Shown here: positions 1 to 9,264 of the stretch, one piece after another
How the letters are laid out: the number at the start of each line of letters is the position of its first letter
Numbering within the stretch: position 1 is the stretch's first letter
From: an uncultured bacterium
Lineage (GTDB): Bacteria; Fidelibacterota; Marinisomatia; Marinisomatales; J089
DNA: 64,000 nucleotides
Assembly: GCA_964535735.1 (NCBI GenBank)
Contig: CAZHTM010000002.1
Coordinates: 5,082-69,081 of the forward strand
Direction: 5' to 3'
Notes under the pieces: generated by a model
What the model was told of the DNA's origin: nothing
Seen by the model: the letters and a program-made list of their open reading frames with translations, nothing else
The model's database searches: none
Program-made: the position numbers and the translations under genes

Positions 1-7
1 AAGCCAT
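1..7 (-). CDS. Possible start of a gene running out of the window
   Basis: Minus strand reads AAGGA-AAACCT-ATG GCT T: an SD-like motif and ATG at 7, divergent from the ORF at 175. Confidence 0.3.
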
Positions 8-174
8 AGGTTTTCCTTACAAAATGGTCTGGTTAAAGGGGAGCGAATTTAGACAGGCTCTCAAGGATTATCAACGTCCATCCTGCAAACCAATATAATT
101 CTGAGAATTTTTATTCTTCCTGTAAATCATGTCTTATCCAATGGAAACTGAATAGAAATACCCTAATTTTGCAT

Positions 175-1215
175 ATGCGACAAATACAAATTATTTCATA
201 CGGTGGGCCTGATCGTCTTCAAGCGGTAGACGTACCTCAAGCGGCCCCAGGGAAACGGGACGTAACCATTCAAGTCCGGTATGCGGGAATTAATTTTGCC
301 GACATCATGTGCCGGATTGGACTGTATCCCAATGCGCCGAAGCCGCCCTTTGCTCCTGGATATGAAGTAGCAGGTATCATTTCCGAAGTGGGAACGGAGG
401 TGGACTCATCGCTGGTGGGTAAGCCGGTAGTATCCATGACCAATTTTGGAGGATACGCCACCCATGTTACCGTCCCTCACTCGCGCGTCATTCCCCTCAA
501 CGATGAGGACGAATGCCGGTGGGCTGTGGCCATGCCGGTGAATTACCTTACCGCCCAGATCATGCTATTTCGACAAGCGGCGCTGCGATCTGGAGAGTGG
601 GTTTTGATCTTTGGCATTGGCGGCGGCGTGGGTGTTAGCGCGCTTCAACTGGCGCAAAAGGCTGGAGCAAACGTGATCGGTACAGCGTCGGAATGGAAAC
701 ATGACCGGCTGCGGGATTTAGGCGTTAAGTATCTTCTTGACCCTCAAAAAGAAGATGTCCGTAAAAAAATCTCCCAATGGACGAACGGCAAAGGCGTGGA
801 TGTAGTTCTGGATCCCATCGGGGGAAAACATTTGAAATTAAGCTATGAATTGCTTAATCCTCTGGGACGGCTGGTAGCCTATGGATTTTCCACCGCCGCC
901 CAACGCAGGAGACATTGGCTCCGCGCACTTCAGGAATATCGCGCCACCCCGAAATTCAATCCTATTCAGATGATGCGCAGCAACAAGGGCGTGTTTGGAT
1001 TTCACCTGGGATTCCTGGGCGATTTGGAAGGGGAGATGGGTGGGATGTTAACCGAACTCATTCATGAAGTACGGGAAGGACGTTTGAAGGTTATTATCGA
1101 TCGTGAATTTCCTTTATCCCTGGCCAGTGAAGCGCATCAGTATATCCACGAACGGAAAAATTTTGGCAAAATCATTTTGAATTGCCAGGAGTCGAAGGAA
1201 GGTGCTCCTAAATAA
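175..1215 (+). CDS. MDR-family zinc-independent NAD(P)H quinone oxidoreductase (VAT-1-like)
   Basis: GINFADIMCRIGLYP, PGYEVAG, GIGGGVG nucleotide-binding loop, NFGKIIL end; ATG at 175 preferred to TTG 169. Confidence 0.85.
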   Translation: MRQIQIISYGGPDRLQAVDVPQAAPGKRDVTIQVRYAGINFADIMCRIGLYPNAPKPPFAPGYEVAGIISEVGTEVDSSLVGKPVVSMTNFGGYATHVTVPHSRVIPLNDEDECRWAVAMPVNYLTAQIMLFRQAALRSGEWVLIFGIGGGVGVSALQLAQKAGANVIGTASEWKHDRLRDLGVKYLLDPQKEDVRKKISQWTNGKGVDVVLDPIGGKHLKLSYELLNPLGRLVAYGFSTAAQRRRHWLRALQEYRATPKFNPIQMMRSNKGVFGFHLGFLGDLEGEMGGMLTELIHEVREGRLKVIIDREFPLSLASEAHQYIHERKNFGKIILNCQESKEGAPK

Positions 1216-1870
1216 TCAGGAACTTTTGAACTGCCGAACCTGTCCCCGGCTGGTGGAATTCAGGGAAGCGGTCGCCCGCAAAAAGCGAAAACAATACCAG
1301 GACTGGGATTATTGGGGAAAACCGGTCCCGGGCTATGGTGACCCGGATGCCACCTGGATGATTGTGGGTCTGGCACCGGCGGCTCACGGAGGCAATCGGA
1401 CCGGGCGGGTGTTTACGGGCGATAAATCCGCCACGTTTCTGTTTCAGCATCTGGCAAAAGTGGGATTGTCCAATCTCCCTGATTCAGTAACCAGGGATGA
1501 CGGTCTGATCCTGAATCAAGGCTATATGACAGCAGTTCTGAAATGCGTTCCTCCGAAGGATCGACCCCAAGCTCAGGAATTGAAACAGTGCCGGCCTTAT
1601 TTTACCCAGGAGTTGGAGAATCTGCCACGCCTGAAACTGATACTGGCTTTGGGCCGAATTGCCCATAATGGCATTTTAGATTATTACCGGTCCATCACGA
1701 ATATTAAGAAACGGAATTTTCCCTTTACCCATGGTGGAGAGGTGCAATTGCCCGACGGACGACGATTAATCAGTTCCTACCATCCTAGCCCCAGGAATGT
1801 GAATACCGGACGCTTAACCTCGCCCATGTTTCTAACCATTTTATCACGCTGTAAGGAGGTATTATGCTGA
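1202..1870 (+). CDS. Uracil-DNA glycosylase, family 5 (UdgB-like, Fe-S)
   Basis: CRTCPRL Cys cluster, GLAPAAHGGNRTGRVFTGD, YHPSPRNVNTGRL. Confidence 0.9.
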   Translation: MLLNNQELLNCRTCPRLVEFREAVARKKRKQYQDWDYWGKPVPGYGDPDATWMIVGLAPAAHGGNRTGRVFTGDKSATFLFQHLAKVGLSNLPDSVTRDDGLILNQGYMTAVLKCVPPKDRPQAQELKQCRPYFTQELENLPRLKLILALGRIAHNGILDYYRSITNIKKRNFPFTHGGEVQLPDGRRLISSYHPSPRNVNTGRLTSPMFLTILSRCKEVLC

Positions 1871-4047
1871 GAAGAGGAGGACTCCTCATTCTGTTCATAT
1901 GTTCACTGGCGACCAGTCAGGATGTAAAAGATTTGACCATGGATGATGTTTTTAAATCTTTCTTTAAAGATCATTCATTTTCAGCACGATGGCTTCCCGC
2001 AGAGGACCGTTTGGCATTCACCAAAACCGATTCAATCTATGGAAAGTCTATTTATTCTACGGATCCGGTCCAGGGCGATACGGCTCTCATAGTTCGTGGG
2101 AATGACCTTCGCCTGGGTGATTCTGTCCTGGCGTATTCCGGCTGGCGATTCAGCGCAAATCAACAGCGGGTATTGCTGGAAACCAACGTAAAACGAATCT
2201 GGCGACGGTCTCGGTCTATGGTAGCCTATGTGTACACTTTGAAAGATCAATCCCTCGTGGCACTGGGAAAAGGCGCCCGACTGCGGAATGTGAAATTCTC
2301 ACCTGACGGGAATCGCGTCGCTTATGTAATGGAAGATAATAATCTCTACGTATATGATTTGATCAGGCAGAAAGAACGGCAACTCACCAAGGATGGCTCC
2401 TCCAACATTCTCAATGGGCATTTCGGTTGGGTATATGAAGAAGAATTCGGCACTTACGACGGGTATCGCTGGTCGCCGGACGGTCGCTATATCGCCTTTT
2501 GGCGGGAGGATCAGACGGAAGTTCCCACGTTTCCGTTGGTGGATTATATGGACACTTATCCACATATTCAGACCATCCACTATCCCAAGGTAGGCGAACC
2601 CAATCCCGTGATGAAGATCGGCGTTGTGGACGTGCGGAAAGGTCGCCGGCGCTGGATCAAGATGGAGTCCAATACTGATACGTACTATCCACGCCTTTAT
2701 TGGATTCCAGGTAAAGGGGGACAACCCTCGGATCATGTGTTGATTTTCAAGTTGAACCGACTCCAAAATCATCTGGAACTCATCTCGGCTGATATTCGGA
2801 CCGGCAAGGTGGCCACCCTTTATGAAGAAAAGGATCCCGCCTGGATTGACATTACCGACGATCTTAGGTACCTCAAGGATGGAAGCTTTCTGTGGACCTC
2901 CGAAAAGTCCGGTTACCGGCACATTTACCGTATTTCCGCCGACGGATTGACCAGTAAGCCCTTAACCGGGGGAAACTGGGAAGTGACGCGCATTGTGGAT
3001 GTGGATGAAGAGGGGGGATGGGTTTATTTTTACAGCAAACGAGCTTCTGTCATCGGCCAGAACCTGTACCGGGTAACGTTGGACGGCAGTGAACTTCAGA
3101 ACCTGACACCGGAAGAAGGCTGGCATTCGGTTCAATTTGCGCCCCATCATCGACAATTTATTGACGCCTGGAGCACAGCTGCCATGCCCACAACACGGCG
3201 TTTGAAGGATGTGGGAGGCACTATCCTGAAAATATTCAGCGTGCCCGATACGTCGGATTTTCAAACCTATGGTTTTACCCATCCCCAATTCTTTCAGATT
3301 GCCACGACGGATGACAGCACGTTGTTGAATGTGAAAATGATGCTTCCACGGGATTTCAATCCGGAGCAAAAGTACCCCGTTCTCATGTATGGATACGGGG
3401 GGCCCGGAAGTCAGGTAGTGGCGAATCGCTGGGGAGGTCGCTTTAGCGCCTACTGGTATCAATACCTGGCCCAGCAGGGTTACATCCTGTTTTCCGTGGA
3501 TAACCGGGGAACGGGCGGCCGAGGGAAAGCCTTTAAAAACTTAGCTTATGGTGATCTGGGCAAATACGCCGCTGGCGATCACATGGAAGCGGTAAAATAC
3601 TTGCGGACTTTGCCTTATGTGGATCCGAAACGCATTGGCATTTGGGGTTGGAGTGGTGGAGGGTACCTCGCTAGCCTGTGCCTTACGAAAGGAGCGGATT
3701 ATTTCTCCATGGGCATTGCCGTAGCGCCGGTGATCGATTTACGCCTCTACGATACGATTTGGACGGAACGGTACATGGGAACGCTGGAAACCAATTCCGC
3801 CGGGTATGACAGCGCCAATGTGCTCACCTACGTGGATCGTTTAAAAGGGGATCTCCTCATCATTCACGGCACCGGCGATGACAATGTTCATTATCAGAAC
3901 ACGATTCAGATGGTCAACGCCTGTATCGCAAAGAAGAAACAAATCGATATAATGTTGTATCCCAATCGAAATCATGGGATTTATGGAGGGACGACCACTC
4001 GCCATTTGTACACCAAAATCACAAACTATATTTTGGAACACTTGTAG
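1864..4047 (+). CDS. S9B family dipeptidyl peptidase IV, exported
   Basis: Signal peptide, WVYEEE motif, GWSGGG nucleophile elbow, GDDNVH and RNHGI triad segments. Confidence 0.92.
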   Translation: MLRRGGLLILFICSLATSQDVKDLTMDDVFKSFFKDHSFSARWLPAEDRLAFTKTDSIYGKSIYSTDPVQGDTALIVRGNDLRLGDSVLAYSGWRFSANQQRVLLETNVKRIWRRSRSMVAYVYTLKDQSLVALGKGARLRNVKFSPDGNRVAYVMEDNNLYVYDLIRQKERQLTKDGSSNILNGHFGWVYEEEFGTYDGYRWSPDGRYIAFWREDQTEVPTFPLVDYMDTYPHIQTIHYPKVGEPNPVMKIGVVDVRKGRRRWIKMESNTDTYYPRLYWIPGKGGQPSDHVLIFKLNRLQNHLELISADIRTGKVATLYEEKDPAWIDITDDLRYLKDGSFLWTSEKSGYRHIYRISADGLTSKPLTGGNWEVTRIVDVDEEGGWVYFYSKRASVIGQNLYRVTLDGSELQNLTPEEGWHSVQFAPHHRQFIDAWSTAAMPTTRRLKDVGGTILKIFSVPDTSDFQTYGFTHPQFFQIATTDDSTLLNVKMMLPRDFNPEQKYPVLMYGYGGPGSQVVANRWGGRFSAYWYQYLAQQGYILFSVDNRGTGGRGKAFKNLAYGDLGKYAAGDHMEAVKYLRTLPYVDPKRIGIWGWSGGGYLASLCLTKGADYFSMGIAVAPVIDLRLYDTIWTERYMGTLETNSAGYDSANVLTYVDRLKGDLLIIHGTGDDNVHYQNTIQMVNACIAKKKQIDIMLYPNRNHGIYGGTTTRHLYTKITNYILEHL

Positions 4048-4103
4048 GCTTGTTTCCGGGGTAAGATTGTTCTAATTTTGCGCCGCTTTTTCAAAGCTTT
4101 TAT

Positions 4104-4176
<73 letters not shown>

Positions 4177-4187
4177 CCCCTCAATAA

Positions 4188-4223
4188 AACCCGGTTTCTC
4201 GACGAGAGATCGGGTTCTTTTTT
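4188..4223 (+). terminator. Intrinsic terminator after tRNA-Ala
   Basis: AACCCGGTTTCTC/GAGAGATCGGGTT stem with G-U pairs, followed by a T run. Confidence 0.75.
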
Positions 4224-4264
4224 ACAGCAAAATTGGGACAGGCGTACTCAGAAATGGACAGAAA

Positions 4265-4315
4265 AATGTGGTCAAAATGTGGTTATTTGGGGTAAAAATG
4301 TGGTTATAATGTGGT
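4265..4315. repeat. Four direct repeats AATGTGGT, putative integrase arm-type sites
   Basis: Copies at 4265, 4276, 4297 and 4308 (spacing 11/21/11), between the tRNA and the integrase remnant. Confidence 0.6.
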
Positions 4316-4322
4316 CAGAATT

Positions 4323-4469
4323 TTAGCTTAAATCTGCGAACAAAGCCTGGAATGCGGCACTTACTATTGCTGTATTTTCTAGCCGTAGTTCTTTTGTAAT
4401 AGCTACATAGAATTTAGAAGTTGTTTTAATGTCTTCGTGATCCATCCACTCTTGTGTGGCTTTTAAGTC
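4323..4469 (-). pseudogene. Tyrosine recombinase/integrase C-terminal remnant
   Basis: Manual translation DLKATQEWMDHEDIKTTSKFYVAITKELRLE...DLS* resembles the DL..VQ.LLGH..I.TT..Y box II; an in-frame TGA lies just upstream. Confidence 0.7.
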
Positions 4470-4559
4470 TCAAATGGAACAAACATCACGTAAAGAAAAT
4501 TACATTTTTATATCAGGTTCTACTCATCCACAGTTCCTTTAAATAAATATTTCGTTATT

Positions 4560-4740
4560 ATGAAAGACTATGATTATTCACTTTCTTTAACTAGTCAGTT
4601 CTATTTCTGTGGAATACCATTTCGTTTGGTTACATCACCAAAATGCTCGCTCAATTGTCAATAATTGTTTTGCTGCATCTAGAGGTAGAAGACGTACTTC
4701 GAGAAGTTTGATTGCTAATCTAGAATCGATCCCACGTTAG
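4560..4740 (+). pseudogene. Radical SAM protein N-terminal remnant (frameshifted)
   Basis: MKDYDYSLSLTSQFYFCGIPFRLVTSPKCSLNCQ-TAAT-CFAASRG...; removing one base at about 4663 restores CSLNCQYC (CxxxCxxC). Confidence 0.7.
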
Positions 4741-4814
4741 AATGGATTTAGGTTCCAGAAATGGGTATATTGTATACTTGAACATGTTAACTCAGTGTAT
4801 TCGGAGATGTTATA

Positions 4815-5756
4815 ATGCAATATAATAAAATTCTATGGTGCTTAATAATCACTGGCGCATTTGGGCAAGTAAATATTGATGAGCGATTGACGTATTTTCC
4901 CCTTCAACTAGGTAATGTATGGCAGTATTATTATACACGAGATAATGATGGAGATGTATCTAATGGTTTACGAAAGTATGAAGTCATCGGAGATACGGTG
5001 TTGGAGGATAATTATACCTATCGTGTTTTGAGGGTTTCTACTATACTACCGAATTCGGAAACGACGGGTTTGGAGTTTTTAAAAATCGATTCTACCAATG
5101 CGGCCATTACTTCTCCGGACAGTATAAGAATTTATGATCTAGGTCTCGTCCTGAATGAATTTGATACAGTGTATTCCCAAATGGGACTTTGTCGGATCTA
5201 TTACCTGGGCTACGGTGAGAATGAAGCTTTAAGCGTTACATCAGATTCTATGATGAAGCATGAATATTCTTTATTGCTAGGTTCAGGGATAGGAGGGATT
5301 ATGCAATTTTACACATGGTGTTACCTTTTCCCTGATATTGGTATAACCTTTTGGGCAGACGTTAGAGAGTTTCCCAATCCGGGTGGAGAAGATATTTTTA
5401 TCTCTGAATCCTTGGCGATTACCGCCGCCGTCATCAATGGGGTTCAATATGGAGAATTTGTGACGCTTGAAACGCTCGTGGAAACTCATCCGACTGTGAT
5501 TTCTATATCCCAGAATTATCCCAATCCTTTTAACAGTCAAACACGAATACAATTTTCAATTTCAGAAAGAGAAAAAATTAAAATTTCCGTATCGTCTATT
5601 ACCGGTGAGCAGATCTCCCTTTTAGCTGACAGGGAATTCAATCCGGGTACACATCAGATAAACTGGGATGGAAGTCAAGTGTCAAGTGGAATATATCTCA
5701 TATACTTTGAATCCAATCAATTCACCCGGACCATAAAAGCTGTTTTAATGAAATAA
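4815..5756 (+). CDS. Secreted protein with a T9SS type A / FlgD-Ig-like C-terminal domain
   Basis: Signal peptide, YFPLQLGNVWQY, C-terminal SQNYPNPFNSQTRIQF...SSGIYL...KAVLMK. Confidence 0.85.
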   Translation: MQYNKILWCLIITGAFGQVNIDERLTYFPLQLGNVWQYYYTRDNDGDVSNGLRKYEVIGDTVLEDNYTYRVLRVSTILPNSETTGLEFLKIDSTNAAITSPDSIRIYDLGLVLNEFDTVYSQMGLCRIYYLGYGENEALSVTSDSMMKHEYSLLLGSGIGGIMQFYTWCYLFPDIGITFWADVREFPNPGGEDIFISESLAITAAVINGVQYGEFVTLETLVETHPTVISISQNYPNPFNSQTRIQFSISEREKIKISVSSITGEQISLLADREFNPGTHQINWDGSQVSSGIYLIYFESNQFTRTIKAVLMK

Positions 5757-5842
5757 AATAAAGGTATTCCATCCGAATTATTTTCAATAATTTTGATTTC
5801 AGGCGATTAGTTTTAGTTTCTCTTAAAGGAATGGAGTAAAAA

Positions 5843-6175
5843 TTGTCTCGCAATCGTAACAGTCGATTGGTGTATTCCACCGATCCGGACTTGCCGCTTA
5901 AGGAGGAGCAACCGGAGGAGAAATTCGTAGAGCCTGGTGCTCAGAACCTCCGCATCTGGCGGGAACGACGGGGTGGCGGAAAGATAGTCACAATCGTGAA
6001 AGGATTCCAGGGACCGGAAGCAGAACTGATGGACCTTGGAAAACGATTGAAACGCCATTGCGGAGCAGGAGGAACTGTCAAAGACGGCCAGATTCTTATT
6101 CAGGGTGATGTTCGGGATAAGGTGCTGACCCAGTTGCTGTCCTGGGGTTATGGCGCCAAAAAGAGCGGAGGGTAG
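5843..6175 (+). CDS. yciH: SUI1-family translation initiation factor (YciH)
   Basis: LVYSTD, RRGGGKIVTIVKGF, LKRHCGAGGTVKDGQILIQGD. Confidence 0.92.
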   Translation: MSRNRNSRLVYSTDPDLPLKEEQPEEKFVEPGAQNLRIWRERRGGGKIVTIVKGFQGPEAELMDLGKRLKRHCGAGGTVKDGQILIQGDVRDKVLTQLLSWGYGAKKSGG

Positions 6176-6178
6176 ACG

Positions 6179-7549
6179 GTGCTTTATCGCCTGATCAAGG
6201 CCCTGGCCATCCTGGCGGTGAAAACCTTTTTTAATCGCATTATCATCCGCCATCGTTCTCGCATCCCTGAATCAGGACCGGTCATCTTCGTGGCAAACCA
6301 TCCCAACACCATGATCGATCCGTTAGTGATTGGGTATGCCGTCAACCGAGATTTATCCTACCTTGCCAAAAGCACCCTTTTTAAACGTCCCATGAACCAC
6401 TGGATCCTGACCAAACTTCGCCTGGTACCCGTGTTTCGTAAAATGGACAACCCCAACGAAACGGCGAAAAATGAACGGACCTTTGAGAAATGTTATCAAA
6501 TTCTGGAAAAAGGAGATGCGTTTCTCATTTTTCCAGAAGGTGTCTCCACCGGAGAACAGACGATCAACAAAATTAAGACCGGAGCCGCCCGGATCGGATT
6601 CGGCGCAGAACAACGCAATGACTTTAAGCTAGGCGTTCAGATTGTTCCCGTGGGCATCAGTTATTCCGATATCACCAAATTTCGCAGCGATGTGACCATA
6701 CGGTTCGGACGACCGATTGAGCTCAGCGAGTATCGGGAACTTTATCAGCAAGATGAGGTGGAGGCGGTACGGACGGTCACTGGAATCATCGATGAAGCCC
6801 TGCATAAACTCACTTTGACATTAGAGCATCTGGAGATCGAAAGCATCGTGGAATCCATCAAGAAAATTTACCAGCAGGAATTGATGGTGGAGTTGGGTAA
6901 AGTCAAAGGGCGGGGCGTTTCTGATTTTTCCATCACCAAGGGTCTTATCAATGCCGTGGAGTGGTTTTATCAGAACTATCCTGAAAAGGTGTTAACCTTT
7001 AAAGAGGACTTGGATCATTATTTACGAAATTTGAATCGACTCCATGTAAAAGATGAATTTTTACAACCCCGGGGAAATCCGTCACCGCTGGCCCACCGCA
7101 TTCGAATGGCCTTGGTTCTCTTGGCGGGCTTCCCGATTTTTGTGTTCGGACTGATCAACAATTACATTCCACATAAAATCCCACGGTGGTACACCCAGAC
7201 CAAGGGAGTGGAAAAATCCATGTATGCCACCACCAAGATGGTGATCGGAATCGGCAGTTTTCTCCTGTATTATGCCCTGATTTTAACCGTGGTTTCGTTC
7301 CTGTCCCCGTCCTGGGTGTATACCGTCATCTATGCTATTGCGATACCCCCCAGCGGCAATTACGTTCTGCGTTACATCCGTTTAGTAGACACTTATCGTC
7401 AGCATCTTACGTTTTTATCCATTTTCTACCGGAAAAAATATTTGTTGTTCAAATTGATCGAGGAACGAAATCGTCTGATTTCTGATCTGAATAAATACAA
7501 GGAAGATTATTATTCAAAAACCGGCTTTGTCCCGGGAACTTCATCCTGA
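6179..7549 (+). CDS. PlsC-family lysophospholipid acyltransferase with C-terminal membrane domain
   Basis: NHPNTMID (HX4D), FPEG motif, C-terminal TM helices. Confidence 0.85.
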   Translation: MLYRLIKALAILAVKTFFNRIIIRHRSRIPESGPVIFVANHPNTMIDPLVIGYAVNRDLSYLAKSTLFKRPMNHWILTKLRLVPVFRKMDNPNETAKNERTFEKCYQILEKGDAFLIFPEGVSTGEQTINKIKTGAARIGFGAEQRNDFKLGVQIVPVGISYSDITKFRSDVTIRFGRPIELSEYRELYQQDEVEAVRTVTGIIDEALHKLTLTLEHLEIESIVESIKKIYQQELMVELGKVKGRGVSDFSITKGLINAVEWFYQNYPEKVLTFKEDLDHYLRNLNRLHVKDEFLQPRGNPSPLAHRIRMALVLLAGFPIFVFGLINNYIPHKIPRWYTQTKGVEKSMYATTKMVIGIGSFLLYYALILTVVSFLSPSWVYTVIYAIAIPPSGNYVLRYIRLVDTYRQHLTFLSIFYRKKYLLFKLIEERNRLISDLNKYKEDYYSKTGFVPGTSS

Positions 7550-7594
7550 GATTATTGTTTTCTACTCCCTAATGAATCGCCTAAATTGAAACCT

Positions 7595-8782
7595 ATGTTG
7601 AAACAAAAATCCATATTACTCATCGGAATTCTAGCCGTTATTGCCGGGTGTTCCAGTAAAGAAGTCAAAGAGGGTAAGCTCACTTTCGTCACAACAGCCA
7701 ATGTAAGGGCTCAATTTGATCCCTGTGGGTGAAAGGCCAATCCCCTGGGCGGTCTGCCCAGACGCGCAACCTACCTCAAAGAGCTGAAAGACAAAGGACT
7801 AACCCCCATTCTTCTGGATGCGGGTGACGTATTTTTCGAGAACTCCGGATTACCACAATACAAGGTAACCGCTGCCAAATACAAAGCAAAAAAAATGCTG
7901 GAGGGTTACCAGAAACTTGGATACCGAGCCATCAATATCGGTCAATACGATTTTGCTGCCGGCCCGGATTTCCTAAAATCCCTGGCCGATTCCGCGTCCA
8001 TTCCTTTTTTATCCGCCAATCTCGTGGATGAAACTTCCGGGGAACCAGTATTTAAACCATATATCATTATTGAAGAAGGCGGATTCAGGATAGGCGTGAT
8101 CGGTCTCATCAGCAGATTACCGGCCAATTATCCCGGTTTAAGGCTTAAAGATATGATACTTACGGGAAAGGAATTAATCGAATCACTGAAGCCGAAAACT
8201 GATTTAATTGTCGTCTTGGCCAACGTGGATAGTCGCAAGAATCGCGACATTCAAGACGCCTTTCCCGATGCCAAGTATATATTTGTCAGCCGCGGAAGCC
8301 TTCGGACTCAACCAGGTCAAAAACAGCCGGAGGGCGGACCTTACCTGTATTCCAGTAGCATTCAGGGGAAATACGTCAGCGAGGTTCAGCTCGTTATAGC
8401 CAATCTGGATTCCCCTATCGTGGATGTTTCTCACTATAATGCCACCATTAAGAATGTGAAAGCACGGTTTGAAAACCTGAAGAAAAAAGACCCCAATCGT
8501 CCACTGGAAGAAGTCTATGCCAATCAGCCCAATGTGTTGCGATTAATTAAAAACTATCGGCAACAGTTAGAGATCGCTGAGGCCGGCTTAAAACACGCCG
8601 TGAATCGTTCAGAATTCAAACTTGTGCCTTTAAACCGGAAAATCAAAGATGATCCGGATATGTTGGTGTTTATTGACGATGTTTTGGCAAAAGCGGATAG
8701 CCTTCAAGGAAAACCACCCGTAACCATGTCTACCAAAACCCGTTCACCCAAACCCCAAAAACGTTCTCTTAAGGTTCAGTGA
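7595..8782 (+). CDS. UshA-like (metallophosphoesterase-fold) lipoprotein selenoprotein, Sec at codon 46
   Basis: ATG 7595 is in frame with the listed 7895 ORF; lipobox IAGC; DPCG-TGA(7730)-KANPLGGLPRRATYLKEL...LDAGD continues homology across the TGA; SECIS present. Confidence 0.88.
7730..7761 (+). promoter_or_regulatory. Bacterial SECIS element
   Basis: CTGGGC-GGTCT-GCCCAG hairpin at 7745-7761; the apical loop starts 18 nt after the UGA, as in the E. coli fdhF SECIS (GGUCU). Confidence 0.85.
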
Positions 8783-9264
8783 AAACCAGGGGTTTAGTAG
8801 CGGCTATAATCTATGGCGTGTTGGGGTGTGCGGTTGGTCTACTATTTAATAGCGTAAGGTCGGATGGTATACCCTTAGTGGCGGAATCCCTGCCGACCAT
8901 AGCCGATTCCACCGTATCTATGAATCCCGACAGTTTGTCTGGAATTCACGTTATTAATCTCCAACAAGCGAAATTTTACTATGATAAGGGGATTCCTTTT
9001 ATCGACGCCCGGGAAGAGGAAGAGTACCGGGAAGGTCACATCGTCGGAGCGTTTCCCTTTCTCAATTTTATGGAATTGGTGTTCAATTTGGATACCCTTC
9101 AAACCCGAGAGGACCTGATTATCACTTACTGCAGTGATGCGGAGTGTGGCCTGAGTAAAAACCTGGCTTACGACCTCCAGGCCTCCGGATTTACTCACAT
9201 CCTAGTATTCGAAGGAGGGTGGAACGATTGGGTAGCAGCGGGATATCCCGTGGAGTCCGAATGA
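8779..9264 (+). CDS. Membrane-anchored rhodanese-like domain protein
   Basis: N-terminal TM, FIDAREEEEYREGHIVGA, YCSDAEC active loop, FEGGWNDW. Confidence 0.88.
   Translation: MKTRGLVAAIIYGVLGCAVGLLFNSVRSDGIPLVAESLPTIADSTVSMNPDSLSGIHVINLQQAKFYYDKGIPFIDAREEEEYREGHIVGAFPFLNFMELVFNLDTLQTREDLIITYCSDAECGLSKNLAYDLQASGFTHILVFEGGWNDWVAAGYPVESE

Noticed and set aside
2299-3462. Long antisense ORFs (also 5813..6253, 10738..11250, 43565..43963, 45648..46088, 49129..49560)
   Set aside because: Shadows of well-supported genes on the other strand, with no motifs
4265-4315. CRISPR array
   Set aside because: 8-bp repeats with 3-13 nt gaps are far too short; no cas genes or arrays are seen in the window
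5843-6175. Eukaryote-like eIF1/SUI1 gene as a novelty
   Set aside because: YciH is a known, widespread bacterial family
7730-7732. Genome-wide UGA reassignment (Trp/Gly)
   Set aside because: TGA ends genes at their expected termini (glmL-like 12698, lat 22355, pheS 29619), so the code is 11 and the readthrough is local
7895-8782. The listed 295-aa ORF as the complete protein
   Set aside because: It lacks the signal peptide and first fold motifs, which lie in frame upstream across the TGA
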